Source: Octopus vulgaris
Lineage: Eukaryota
NCBI GenBank assembly: GCA_951406725.2
Contig: OX597815.1
Location: 23,560,001-23,624,000, forward strand
DNA length: 64,000 nt
Direction of reading: 5' to 3'
Numbering within the stretch: position 1 is the first letter of the stretch; every line of letters starts with the position of its first letter. Below are positions 1 to 12,557 of the stretch, in pieces. The notes under the pieces are model-generated. The model saw nothing but the letters and a program-made list of their open reading frames with translations, had not been told where the DNA came from and ran no database searches. The position numbers and the translations under genes were made by a program.

Positions 1-3000
1 CACACATATATATATATATATATCATCATTTAACGTCCGTTCTCCATGCTAGCATGGGTTGGACGATATATATATATATATATATGGCAAACTAGATTAA
101 TAGAATAATGTGCTCCTGGCTGAAGATTCCGGATAAGAGCACTTTTATTCAAGCAGAAACAGCATCATACTCTGCGACAAGGCTGTTCCTTTTGAATTAC
201 GGGTACAATCTACCCGTCAGGCTTAGATAGTTTCTTTCTACGCAATTTCAATCACAAACTATGGATCAATCCAAGGCTATAGAAAATTACACATATCTAA
301 GGTGCCAGCCAGTGGAATTGAACCGGGGTCCTTGTAGTTCAGCCATACTATGCTTATTTAAACCCCCACCCCCAAAACACACAAGTATGAATAAAAGCGT
401 ACGCGATTAATGTTTTAAGTACAATATTCATATATACAACTTGCATGTTGTTTACAGTCACTGGCAATATATATATGTGTGTCAAGAGAGAGAGGTAGTG
501 TCGATTTAGTGAGTGGCGACTGTTTGTTTTATTTCGTGAGAGCTGAGAGAGAAAAATCGAGACTTTAACTGAGAAAAAGTCGAGTGAGGGGTGTGAAATT
601 TTGTAACAAATGTAACACGCTGCATGTTCGACAGTAGAGAAACCATGGAATGTATGTAATGTGAACTAAAAATAAAGAAATAAGCAAATAAAAAGTTAAA
701 ATTACGAACTCCATGTCTTAGAAAATACGTGTATGTATGTATATTAGTAAAAACTGTGTGTGTGTAAGAAACATGGAAACTTTACACAGAACTCCATGAT
801 GGATTAAACAAAAGCATAGTTAATGTAAACCGCCGCCCCTCATCTCTGCACAGAGAGAGGAAAAAATAGGGTACACTGCGAATATCTTGCCTATAAAGCA
901 ATCGTACTAGTAATGATAAAATCTGGAATCCAAGGGATCTGGTTTTAGCTGACTGGTTCTTTTTAAAGATCCCTTTGAAGTTGTGTATTTATTGCATCTT
1001 ATGACACCGTAGATACTATTTTTTTGTAAACAAAATGTAACTACATGTAGAATTCTCTTCGATTCTAAAACTAGACTGTGGTCGATTGACTGATGGATGG
1101 ATGGATGGGTATAAGGTATGACGCTTCGTAAATATTATAGAGTAATAACAGATCAAGAGCACAAACTCAAATTTGCATTTAATATCTCTTAAAACTGAGA
1201 ATAGGAAATGTCACTTAGTTTTTATTTAGCTACTTGAGAACAACAAGCGTTTCAGCTATAATCCTGCTAAACTGGCACCACCTACATATATCAATCGGTC
1301 AAGTACTCCACACCCCTCGGATAATAAGATATGAAACAGGTTTTTGGATCTATCACAACTGTGTTCGTGGTGGTGTTGTGAAATAATCTCAGGAAAACAA
1401 ATTGTCGGGGATTGATTGATGCAATTGATACGGTTTACTCGCAATGCAGTCTTCATAATTCTGGCAAAATATATTGATTTTTTTTGTAATTTTTATTTCT
1501 ACGATATTCACTGGCAATGGTTTGATGAGGGTTAACAGTATGTATTTATTTTCTAAATCTGTTACACAAGCTAAACCAAAGATTCCGAATTCGGTGAGGT
1601 GACAATGTTTAATAATGACTTCTTGGACAAAAATTCATAGGTAAGGAAAATTATCGATCGAATCAAAATAAATACATGTATAGTACTCATTCTTTCCATT
1701 CTGAGAGAATGACCGGGAATTTGAATTAAGGCTGTTGACAGACGACATACTGCAAGGCACTCTGTCCAACGCTTTACCATTTTCACTATGCCATCAACAC
1801 CAACAACAACAATACGATGGTGGACCTGGTTGAAGAAACGAAAGGTAAGAACTTGGCCAGCCAAAACCGCTTTTTCAATTCCCAAGTGATATCAGTTCAC
1901 TTCACTCGCGCAGCTAGCTTAGTAGTTTCGAGAAATGCATGAACCTCACAACATTCCATTTCCCAGCTCTAAAAATACACGACCTTTTGTGTCTAGACAA
2001 AAATGTAAAATGTTCTTCTTAACACAGTAAACACGTTCCATTCTTACAAATGAGTGCTTTACAATAAAAGAAAAATCAACCATAAAAGTTGAAACAACAA
2101 ACACCTGAAGCGTCTTGGAGACATTGGTTTACCGCGCAATCAACAAAAGAACATTGTGTCAGTTTTTAAAATATATATATATATATACCGAAACTTGTAC
2201 GAAATAAACACACCTTAAATGTAAACAGAGACGTAGATCTCTCTCTAACCTGTTTATTTCAGTTCTCAGTAGGCCGCGATAGCTTAGGATATACCACTAG
2301 CCTACATAACCTGTATACAAACACTGAACTATAACGAAATATTTTGCTGACGTTAATTCGGGTAATCTTACAAATTTCATGATATTTTGCCATACACAAT
2401 GTTTGTAAAGAGCAAAGTGGAAATACGGTCGGTTAATCAACAGTAGAATATTACTGGTACCTAAATAAAAGGACCTACAATTAATACATTGTCTTGTTGA
2501 CGAATTTACAGCATTAAAAATATAAAATAACAAGGTAGAAGTGTTGCAAAAAAAAAAAAGTTGTTAGAATTTTAATTTGACAGAGGAAGGAATTTAATGT
2601 TTCGTGTGAAGGCGCTACTGTTGCTGATGGAAACGTCATGGGGGGAGGGCTATCAAGTTACTCGGAGGAATAATTCCAGATATTTGGAGGGCGGGGTTGA
2701 AGCTAATATACAGATCAAGACTAAGTTTAACTGCCAAGCAAAGGAATCGGGGACAGGGTAAAGTTTTAAAACTCCGTATTTATTGGTAGTAGTAAGATTT
2801 ATTATTATTATTAGGATCAACATTACATGGGAATCGAGAACAATTCAACGATAAACTAGCACAGAACTATTCGAGTTTATCTTAATGTTTCGTGTATTTA
2901 TTTCTAATAGGAAAATCTGATCCTAAAAAATAAAATAGAATAAAATCGTATGTTTTGTGGGTTTCTAAATTCAATCAGTGAGGCCAGAACTGAAAACTAT

Positions 3001-3623
3001 GGTCGAGTTGATTGTTCAGAGGTTACTGAAAAAAGCGACGAGCTTTCTTGTAAAAAAGTTTGATGAATGGAATGTAACCACAAGTGGGAGGAAACAATTG
3101 TCTATATGGAACAGAGGAACTTTGACACTACGGACACGTAGTAAGACGGTCACCATTATTAAATGTACATGGCGACACTTGAAAAAAAAAAGATAGGACA
3201 AAGAGTGCTGTGGGCGGATTGTAGATATTCACATGGCCAGGACAAACAGCTTTTACATCGAGACACACACACATATAATATATATATATACACAAGATAA
3301 GGAAAATGGAGAAATACATCTAAATCAAATATCAATTACCAGATAATACTCAATCACATACTTTATTAAACAACTTTGTTGGGTAACTTCACTAGCGCAG
3401 TATATTGGATATATGTTATCCCATGGAGGGGTTGCATTTACAACCCCTATCTCAATTTGTATATATATATATATTTTTTATAGAAGGAGCTTCTACAGGA
3501 CTAGAACTGTTTCATTCAAAAGAAATCATGAAACAGTTCTAGTCTGTATATAAAATAAATTAATTTACTCTGCTATGTATTGAGTACCTTATTTACTGTG
3601 GTTAACCCCGACTCAACCCGGGA

Positions 3624-3666
<43 letters not shown>

Positions 3667-4054
3667 CGAATGAAAAACGGAGAGAGAGAGGGTGAACGGA
3701 AATTTCCTCAAACAACTTTACAAGAAAATGTAGACTTTAGAACTTCGGACAGGAATTCCACCAAACGATTATGAAGAGAATAATTTACAACGAAAATAAT
3801 AAAGCTTACAAGCCGCACCCATTCCTTGTCAAAGAAATGTTTTCGCTTTTAATTTTTTTTTATCCACAAATCGAAAATAAAACTGAAGTCAGCTGTTCTT
3901 AAATCCATTTCGGTGGGGGGTGTTTTTTTTATTTAACATTACAAAAAAAACCATATCTTGCTCCAAGAAAGGTTTCTGTAGAGTGTTGTTGTATGAGATT
4001 TTAAGTTAACAATAAAATAGGAGACAGCAAATGACAAAGTTGATAATTGCTTAC

Positions 4055-4291
4055 CGTCACACAGGCTCTGTTTAAACTGACAGCGCCCCTACATCCATAA
4101 GCTGTTTCGGAGGCGGATTTGAAATAACTGAAAGTACCATCCTTAAGCACAACGTACCGATCCTGCCAACCATGAAGATAGTTAGTCCATTTACTTAGAG
4201 TGCCGTGTTTCTCTGGCAAGTGGCCTTCATCTTCGAACTCATCGTTTTCCTCGTCGTCTGTGATACTAAGCACGTCTCTCTCCTCCGACAT
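4055..4291 (-). CDS. CERT1: First coding exon of ceramide transfer protein (CERT/COL4A3BP), N-terminal PH domain
   Basis: Translates MSEERD...GTLSKWTNYLHGWQDRYVVLKDGTFSYFKSASETAYGCRGAVSLNRACVT, matching the CERT PH-domain motif (GxLSKWTNYxHGWQDR...YGCRG). ATG is in AAAATG context at 4291. A phase-0 donor ACG|GTAAG follows at 4054. Downstream exons were not found in 1-4054. Confidence 0.93.
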
Positions 4292-4439
4292 TTTGGAAAC
4301 AAAAGATTCCCCCAGCTAAATGAATAAGTATTTTTGCCGGGCGAGTTTACTCATATATACAAAGTAGTGGTGTACTACCGATAGATCTGGTTTAACTTAG
4401 AGAAAAAAACAGCGAAGAGAAGCGCTCCTCGAGTACAAA

Positions 4440-4490
4440 CAGACGTCACTATGTTAGCGCCATCTTAAACGTGCACATGACGTAACTGGT
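4440..4490 (-). promoter_or_regulatory. Putative CERT1 core promoter / 5' leader
   Basis: CpG-richer patch about 150-200 bp upstream of the ATG. It contains a YY1-like AAGATGGCG (minus strand, 4458-4466) and CRE-like GACGTCA (4442) and TGACGTAA (4478) motifs. Confidence 0.5.
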
Positions 4491-5039
4491 AGACAACGCC
4501 ACCAAGTGTCTATTGAGAGAATTTCAAGAATTCCAAGTGTCAGTAACTCGTGTTGTAGCGCGTGAAAAATGTTGATAGTTACATTGAAATTCGATAGTTT
4601 TTTTTTTATATTTAAAATAACTGAAAAGAATTAAAAGAAGGATATCTCTTGGCTGTAAATATATTAGAAAATATTTTCATTTGGGGGATGTTGTAGGAAA
4701 TTCTGAAAACAATTAGATGAAAATTTTTGGAGCATGTAAATCTTTTTGATTGATATAAGCACCAAACTTTTGATTTAACCTACTAATCAAAAGAAGTAAA
4801 TGTGTTTAAAGGAGAAATGCATTGCAGAAAATATTGTGTAAGTCCTTAGGGAGAAGAAATAGACTGGTTCTAGATGTCTGACAGTGTACTTACTATGAGA
4901 AATGTCATTTTTAATATTGCCAGAATTCTTTGGCAGAAGTTTTGCAGAAAGAAATTTATACTGAATGATGATAGAATGTAAGTAGAGAAAAGATCTTTGA
5001 AACAACAGAATTAAAGATATAATCTATTATAGTATTTAT

Positions 5040-6060
5040 TTTAATCTATTCAAAGCACGTATTCAGTCCATCATGGATATCCTCTCATCTTCTCAGTATA
5101 TACTGACCTTTGAGTCACTGTTGTGGAAGCATGAGTTTTTGAAGGGTGTCTCATTCAATCTGGGATGCAGGGGAGCTGTGCTTGGCATAAGTGAATTCTG
5201 TCATCATGCTATTGACAGATATCACTGGGGTTGAAGTGGTTCATATCGCTGTAAAGGATTATCATGCAGTAACAGGAGTAAAATTTAAACCAAGACAAGT
5301 TGATAGGCTTCTAGTTTGGCACTTGAAGAGGTAAGCCCATGCCATCAAACACAATAGGAACTGAACTGCTTTGAGCCTAGCAAATCTAACAAAGGAAAAG
5401 AACTAAGAGGAAGCTATCCTTGAAAGATCAAGCAAGGGCAGTGAACACAAGCATAGCTGCCATCATATATCACAACCTAAATGTCATGACCTGTCCCTTT
5501 TTTTATCTGACTAGATTGGAGCAGCTGCTCTTTTGCTTTTTGTGAAAAGGGTGTGTTTAACTGGTCAGAAGGTTAATCTCCTGCCAACACCCTCTATAAT
5601 GTGCTAAGGCTTTAGTATCTAATGGACTTCCTCACTTGTAAGCACATGTGGTTGCCTTTTGTCAGGCACTTTTCTCAAAGTTCATCTCTTTGACAGAGTT
5701 GTAGAACTGGATAAAACTAAAACCAAAACTGGGTACCTGATACATGAAATGTTATGTGGGTGTTCATAGCCCTTAACTAGTCGGGCAATGAAGCTGATAG
5801 TTGCCTGCCAACTTTTTTTACCAGAAAAAGCAGGCAGGTTTTCTATCTGGTAGCCATGGTGAAAGAAGTTGTGTGGTGGCTTCTATTATCTACTGAAGGA
5901 AGATTAGAGCAGACAGCTTGGCCTGGGTGAATAGAGTATTCTCAACATGTGCCAGTACAGTAGGCAATAGATCTGTGAGAAGGCACTAATTCTTGTTAGT
6001 CAGAGTAATCCTGAATCTGTGGGGTTCCTTGGTTGGCCCTAGGCAGCAGTCTTCTTCTCC
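5040..6060 (+). mobile_element. Old degenerate Tx1/L1-like LINE, 3' part of ORF2
   Basis: Frameshifted remnants resemble the younger copy at 8-10.6 kb, e.g. 5308-5340 is similar to GLQLGSWRGKS, and 5840-5880 reads YLVAMVKEVVWW. Confidence 0.5.
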
Positions 6061-6214
6061 TAGGATTCTGTCATTTGTTAGTCTCCTGTGTATTCCGTCA
6101 TTTTCTCTTTCCATTCATTTGATTTCTGTGTAAGCCCCACACTCTTTGTAACATACACCATTAATGTCCACTCAGTCAGTGTTCCCTTGTAGTTATAAAA
6201 GAAAAGATCATCAA

Positions 6215-6940
6215 CCTCGTCGTGAATTAACATCCAATTTCCATACTGGTATGGATTGAATGGTTTGAGAGGATCTGACAAGCTACAGGTATATGTTGTG
6301 CTCCAGTGTCATCTTGGTTTCTAAAGCTGGATGCCCTCCCTAACACCACTCACTTTACAGAGGTCCTGGTCACTAGTCATTGCCTCAGTGAGGCCCAGTG
6401 TTTGAAGGTCATGCTTCACCACCTCATCCCAGGTCTTCCTGGGTCTACCTCTTCCACAGATTCCCTCAACTGCTAGGGTGTGGCACTTTTTCACACAGCT
6501 ATCCACATCCATTCTCGCCACATGACCTTACCAGCGCAGTCGTCTCTCTTGCACACCACATCTGATGCTTCTTAGGTCCAACCTTTCTCTCAAGGCACTA
6601 ACACTTTGTCAAGTATGCACACTGACATTACACATCCATCAGAGCATGCTGGCTTCATTCCTTGCGAGCTTACGCATGTCCTCAGCAGTCACGGCACTGC
6701 CATGTAGCATGGCTGTTCGTACACATGCATTGTACAGTCTACCTTTTACTCTGAGTGAGAGGTCCTTTGTCACCAGTAGAGGTAAGAGCTCTCTGAACTT
6801 AGCCCAGGCTATTCTTATTCTAGCAGCTACACTTTCAGCACACATTCCCCCGCTACTGACTTGGTCACCTAGGTAATGGAAGCTATCAACTACTTCTAGT
6901 TTTTCTCTCTGGAATGTAGCAGAAGTTGTTCTCTGCACAT
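6215..6940 (-). mobile_element. RTE-clade LINE 3' fragment
   Basis: ORFs LEVVDSFHYLGDQVSSGG..AARIRIAWAKFRELLPLL..KGRLYNACVRTAMLHGS and GRGRPRKTWDEVVK are typical of the RTE ORF C-terminus. A degenerate tail follows. Confidence 0.85.
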
Positions 6941-7275
6941 TTTCAGTCTTATTTGTGAAGACAAAAGACAGGCTACTCTTGAGTATTACGTTCTGATGGC
7001 TACACAGAACTATGTTTAACTCACAATACCTGCTCTTTCAGTGTAATGTTTAAAGACAGCTAGCTGGCTGAATCATTAGCACGCTGGACAAAATGTTTAC
7101 TGGCATCACATCCATCTTTATGTTCTGAGTTCAAATTCCACAAAGGTTGATGTTTGCCTTCCATCTTTTCTGGGTTGATGAATTAAGTACCAGTTGAGCA
7201 CTGGGATCGATGTAATCAACTATTCCCTCCCACCAAAACTTTCAGGCTTTGTGCCTAGAGTAGAAAGGACTATTA

Positions 7276-7509
7276 AAAGGCGGCGAGCTGGCTAAATCGT
7301 TAACACGCCGGGCGAAATGCGTAGCCGTATTTCGTCTGCCGTTACGTTCTGAGTTCAAATTCCGCTGAGGTCGACTTTGCCTTTCATCCTTTTGGGGTCG
7401 ATTAAATAAGTACCAGTTACGCACTGGGGTCAATATAATCAACTTAATCCGTTTGTCTGTCCTTGTTTGTCCCCTCTGTGTGTAGCCCCTTGTGGGCAGT
7501 AAAGAAATA
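7276..7509 (+). mobile_element. tRNA-derived SINE (family GGCGGCGAGCTGGC...), full length
   Basis: A/B-box-like head (GAGTTCAAATTCC) and 14-bp TSD AGAAAGGACTATTA at 7262 and 7510. An older copy lies just upstream (about 7055-7275). Many other copies occur in the window. Confidence 0.85.
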
Positions 7510-8039
7510 AGAAAGGACTATTATTAGTAGTATTTTTTTAAAATCTGTATGGTTGGTGCAGTCACTTGCTGGGTCACAACTAGCACCCTAGGACAAATGA
7601 AGGTTAAGAGATGCCGAAATATAATTGAAAGCTTGGGGAAGGGGAGTGGAAGGGCAGTTTAGAAATACATTCATATAATACAACACAAACATTTAAATCA
7701 ATAGGGTTTTTTTTAAGGATTTGGCTGTTGTCGAGATGTTTCTGACATCCATTTTTTTTTTTATCATACCTAAGGCATCTACGATAACAGGAACCGTTTT
7801 TGATTAAAGTGCCATTCTTATATTTACTAAGCTTGTCAAATTCCTTTACAGATATATTTTTATCAGTGGGGACACTTACATCTATCAGTCCACATGTATT
7901 TTCTTGTCTGTTTGTAATAATTATGTCTGGTCAATTATCCGGGATTGTTTTGTCAATGTTGATTTGAAAATCCCAGAAGATGGTGACATTTTTACCTTCA
8001 ACCACTGACTTTGGATGGTGTTCATACCAGTTAGCTGAG

Positions 8040-10660
8040 GGCAGTATGGAAACAGGGTCACCTGTTCAACAACCTCAGGTCACTATGTCTGAACACAGTA
8101 GCCATTCGCAAAACTAGGATTTCTGAAACACAATTGCTTGCTCTTCTTCTGGATGTCTACGAGGTTTATATCACCTCTGGTCAACCTGGATCAAATGGTG
8201 CCACAGTGCTTTTTTGAAAAAGCCTTGACTTGAAGGTGAATACGGTTTTTCTTCACCTGCTCGGTAGGATGGTGATCTTGGATGTAAGCAGCAAAGACAG
8301 CAATGGAAGAGCTTTCAGACTAGTGGCAGTCTATGCCCCAACAGGAGCTGGACAGCCAGATTTCTTTAGATGTCTAGAGACTTTCCTAGGAACATCTCAC
8401 TCATTAGTGTTAGTGGGTAACTGGAATGGAATCTTAGACAGAAGCAGAGATTATGTAGGAGCAGTGGATAGGAGAGTGGGGTACAAAAGCCTTGCTAACT
8501 TCCTCAGACATTTCCAACTGTATGACAGGCTTTGCTTTGATCACCCAAATACACCAGTGTGGACTTGGTCAAATCATCCAGGTCATACTTAGATAGGGTT
8601 TTTATTAGGTTAGTAGATAGGCATAATATAAGTTGCCCGCATTTTCAGATCATTGGCTATTTAGATCACAAATTTGGGATCTTTATGGTCAACTTGGGAA
8701 AAACAATCAGACTAGGACCTGGTTACTGGAAGCTGAACACGTCCTTCCCAGGGACCTGGATCAGTCCAGCGACAGAAATTGCTGCTAGTTGACTTGCCTC
8801 TCCAAGAGCCTAGTTGCAGACCTTCTAAGATGTCATGGTTTATGAGTGCTCCTGGGCATTCCTGATATTCTTTCAGTATAGTGTCAATCTTTTCTTTGTC
8901 TGAAGAGTCTGATGCCACGACAGTGACATCATCGTGCATGCAGACACAGCTCTCAGACAACTTAAACAGGAATTGACAGGAGCCATCATCAAAAACAGAT
9001 GGTGGGTCTCCTTAAAAAGGAAAATCAGAGAGGTGTCAGTTAGTTTTAGCAAAGAGATTGCTTTAGAAAACAACAGAATAGAAAATAAAGTAGTTAGTAA
9101 CTTAGAAGAGGCACATAAAAGTGGGATTGAAAATGATGTGCTGGCAGCAAGAATGGCATTTGACCATTTCTTTGACATAAAACATGAAGGCTGCATTGTC
9201 CGAGCTAGGGTGCATGCCTTAAAACATGAAGGCTCAAAAGCCGTTGGTTGGGCCCGGGTAGTGGAGGCACAACATGGAAACAAATCTAGGATTCATTCTG
9301 TCAGTCCATAGTGGTCATGTGCACTCCAATTCCAAACAGACGAGCACAGTGTTTCAGCAGCATTTCACCAACCTCTTTTCGAGGAGTGGCATTCTTGATA
9401 CAGAGGGCTTTGAAGTTTATGTGGAAGGTACGCCACACCTGTCAAACAAGGGTATCGTGTGCTATGAGAAGCCGATTTCAATGGAGGAAGTGGAAGATGT
9501 ACTGGGCCACTGCATCAGGTGCAAATCACCAGGATTGGATGAAATGCCCTATGAACTTTATGCTCACATAACAGACTTGTTTACACTGATTTTGGCAGAT
9601 GTCTACTGCTCCTAGCAACAGACAGGAAGCATTCCCAGTTGTGTGAGTTGGGGAATGGTGATGCTGCTGAGAAAGGATCCAAACAATGAGGGTGTGATTG
9701 AGAACTTCAGACCCATAACTCTACTCAACACTGAATTAAAAATTTTAGCTAAGATGCTCACCAAGAGGCTGGCATTTGTTGTCAGTAGTATAATTGGGGA
9801 TGCACAAACCTGTGCGATCCCTGATAGATCTATTCACGACAATCTCCACTTCATGTGATACATCATAGAACAGGTGGGGAATAGATCAGACTTTGGAGTG
9901 GCACTGGTTAATTTGGACCAGTCCAAAGCTTTTGACAGAGTGGACCATCACTATCTGGTGTCTGCCCTAAAAGCTGTTGGTCTCAGTCTTGTCTTCAGAA
10001 GTTGGATCACCACAATATATAGTGACATCTACTTGAATGGCCACCTCTCAGAACTTTTCAGTATTAAATGCTCAGTACTCCAAGAATGTTCCCTCTCCCC
10101 ACTTTTATATACTTTAGCTTTAGAACCCTTGCTGCGAAGGATGAAGAATTTGAGGGGTATCCCACTGGAACTAGGTCACAGGAGAGCTGAGAGCTGTGTC
10201 TGCATGCGTGATGATGTCACTGTCATGGCATCAGACTCTTCAGACATAGAAAAGATTGACACTATACTGAAAGAATATCAGGAATGCACAGGAGCACTCA
10301 TAAACTATGACATGTCAGAAGGTCTGCAACTAGGCTCTTGGAGAGGCAAGTCAACTAGCAACGATTTTTGTTGCTGGACTGAGGATCTGGTGAAAGTACT
10401 TGGAGTCTGGTTTGGACCAGATCTCCAGGTGGATAGGAACTGGGAAGAGGTCATGACTAGGTTGGCCAAGCTCACCCAGAAATGGGTGGAAAGGAAGCTG
10501 TTGCTGAAAGGCTAGGCAGAAGTAGCAAATGCATATATCGCCTTGGTAATGTACTACTGCCTAGCAGTTGTACCTTGTCCTCAGAAAACTCTGACCAGAT
10601 TGGAGAGCTTACTTTCTCAATTCTTACGGAAAGGTCAGGTTCCATTTGTCAGAATTTTCT
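8040..10660 (+). mobile_element. Tx1/L1-like LINE ORF2 pseudogene (APE endonuclease + reverse transcriptase)
   Basis: APE motifs (FRLVAVYAP, VLVGNWN, SYLDRVF, LDHK, GPGYWKLNTS) and RT motifs (KSPGLD, FRPITLLNTELKIL, NLDQSKAFDRVDH, LSPLLYTLALEPL, degenerate YADD). Multiple frameshifts and stops. Confidence 0.92.
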
Positions 10661-10976
10661 ACAGGTCCCCCAAAAGGTTGTTTAAGGATGTTGAACGAAA
10701 CACCCATGTTTCCAAAGGTGAATTATCTAAACCTCAAAGAATTCCTCTCAACCAATGACTATGATGTTCTCCCACTACTTCTGCTCATGATCAGAGATTC
10801 ATATATTGTCAGCCACTAAAGGACATGCTCAACTGGTTAAGGTCAAACAACTGACAAGCAAATCTGTGGTATTGCTGTAGCCCATCTTTTATACCAAGAC
10901 AAAACAATATACATGATAACACTTCCAATCAGTTAAGATAAGAAGCCATGAGAGCCACTGCCTATTATTATCAATA

Positions 10977-11074
10977 TTCTTCTTCTTCTTCTTCTCCTCC
11001 TCCTCCTCCTCCTCCTCCTCCTCCTCCTCACCACCACCACCACCACCACCACCACTACCACCACCACCACCACC

Positions 11075-11124
<50 letters not shown>

Positions 11125-11170
11125 TAGCATCGTCGTCATCGTCGTCATCACCATCATCATCATCATCATT
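10977..11170. repeat. Compound trinucleotide microsatellite (TCT)(CCT)(CCA)(CAT)
   Basis: Directly visible. Confidence 0.95.
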
Positions 11171-11919
11171 AATAATAATAACATTATTAAGGTGAACGGG
11201 CTAGAACTGGTAGAGTGTCAAACAAAATAAGTCGTGGAATTTAGTCATGTCACTCTACACTCTGATATCGAATCCTTTTGAAGTTGACTTTGCTTTTCAT
11301 ATTTCTAGAACCAATAAAATATACCAGATTTTATTCAATCAACTCTGTGTGTGTGTGTGTGTGTGTGTCCATGCAAATATATATTGCTTTGTAACTATCT
11401 CAGTAATCATTATTATCACTTCCATAGTCATTATTGTTGCTTCAGGTTTTATTGTGCAACCACACATAGTAATGCTTGCTTTGGCTACGTGCAATAATTT
11501 GTTTGGATTTTGTGGGATATCGCTTTTTATTGGATTGAGAAAATACTCCATGTAATATATTTACAGTGTCATGTAATACTATTTTCTGTACATATTGTGT
11601 AAATCCTTGGAATTTGTTTATATAATTATCTTCATTGCTTTTATTATTCCCTTGGCACATATTGATTGCATGTTTTAAATCCTACATTCTAGATGTCTCT
11701 ATTTATAGGATTTCATATTTAGTTCATGTCTTGGTTCATTTTAGCTATACATGCCTTGTTCTATGTTGAAATGAATATGCCTTTTAGGAGACGTTTTCTT
11801 TCTTTTTTTCATCCTTCTTTCATTTCTATAGGCATAAGCATGGTCGTGTGGTTAAGAAGTTTGTTTCTCAACCATATGATTTCAAGTTCAATCCCTTCTG
11901 TGCACCACCTTGGGTGGGG

Positions 11920-12391
11920 CAAGTGAAATCGAAATTGAACCAAATTTGATGACTGGCACCCGGGCCAGTGGAGTGCTAACAGCTCCATCCAAGTGGGATC
12001 ACTGCCAGAGCAGCTGTCTGGCTTCCGTGCCGGTGGCATGTAAAAAGCACCACTTGAGTGTGATCGTTACCAGTGTTGCCTTACTGGCACTTGTGCCGGT
12101 GGCATGTGAACAAGACGCTGGACTGACTCCTGCGCAGGTGGCACGTAAAAAGCACCATTTTAAGTGTGGCCGTTGCCAGTACCGCCAGACTGGCCCTCGT
12201 GCCGGTGGTACGTAAAAGCACCCACTACTCTCTCGGAGTGGTTGATGTTAGGAAGGGCATCCAGCTGTAGAAACTCTGCCAGATCAGATTGGAGCCTGGC
12301 GCAGCCATCTGGTTTGCCAATCCTCAGTCAAATCGTCTAACCCATGCTAGCATGGAAAGCGGCCATTAAACGATGATGATGATGATGATGA
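11920..12391 (+). mobile_element. 5'-truncated RTE 3'UTR / RTE-tailed element ending in (GAT)n
   Basis: Repeated GGCACGTAAAAAGCACC modules, AGGAAGGGCATCCAGCTGTAGAAAC, CCCATGCTAGCATGG hairpin and a (GAT)n tail. The same sequence follows the RTE stop codon at about 21181. Confidence 0.8.
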
Positions 12392-12498
12392 TATATATTA
12401 ATAATAATATGACAACAAAAGAATGAATGGGACCTTGATATTATGTAAAATAGAGGAATTTATCTATAAATATATGTGACAATAAGTTGGTTGTCATT

Positions 12499-12557
12499 AT
12501 AAAACTCAGAGTTTAGGATGCCGGGACTGAAGTCTGCTCCGGCATCTCATCAGTTAT
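12499..12557 (-). ncRNA. Degenerate minimal type I hammerhead ribozyme motif
   Basis: Minus strand reads ATAA-CTGATGA-GATGCCGG(14 nt)CCGGCATC-C-TAAAC-TCTGA-GTT-TTAT. Stems I, II and III are intact but G12 is mutated to T. Confidence 0.6.

Noticed and set aside
115-170. Hammerhead-like CTGAAGA...GAAAC
   Set aside because: Stem III, the cleavage triplet and stem I do not pair convincingly; at best a heavily decayed copy.
1256-1885. Minus-strand ORFs as CERT exons or Penelope GIY-YIG remnants
   Set aside because: No CERT similarity, and the resemblance to a GIY-YIG region is too weak to call by eye.
4001-4054. C-terminal 17 aa of the CERT ORF in the ORF track
   Set aside because: Intron read-through after the GTAAG donor.
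10933-11184. Poly-M/V/R ORF and similar poly-Y, poly-L, SIYL and CV ORFs elsewhere
   Set aside because: Translations of microsatellites.
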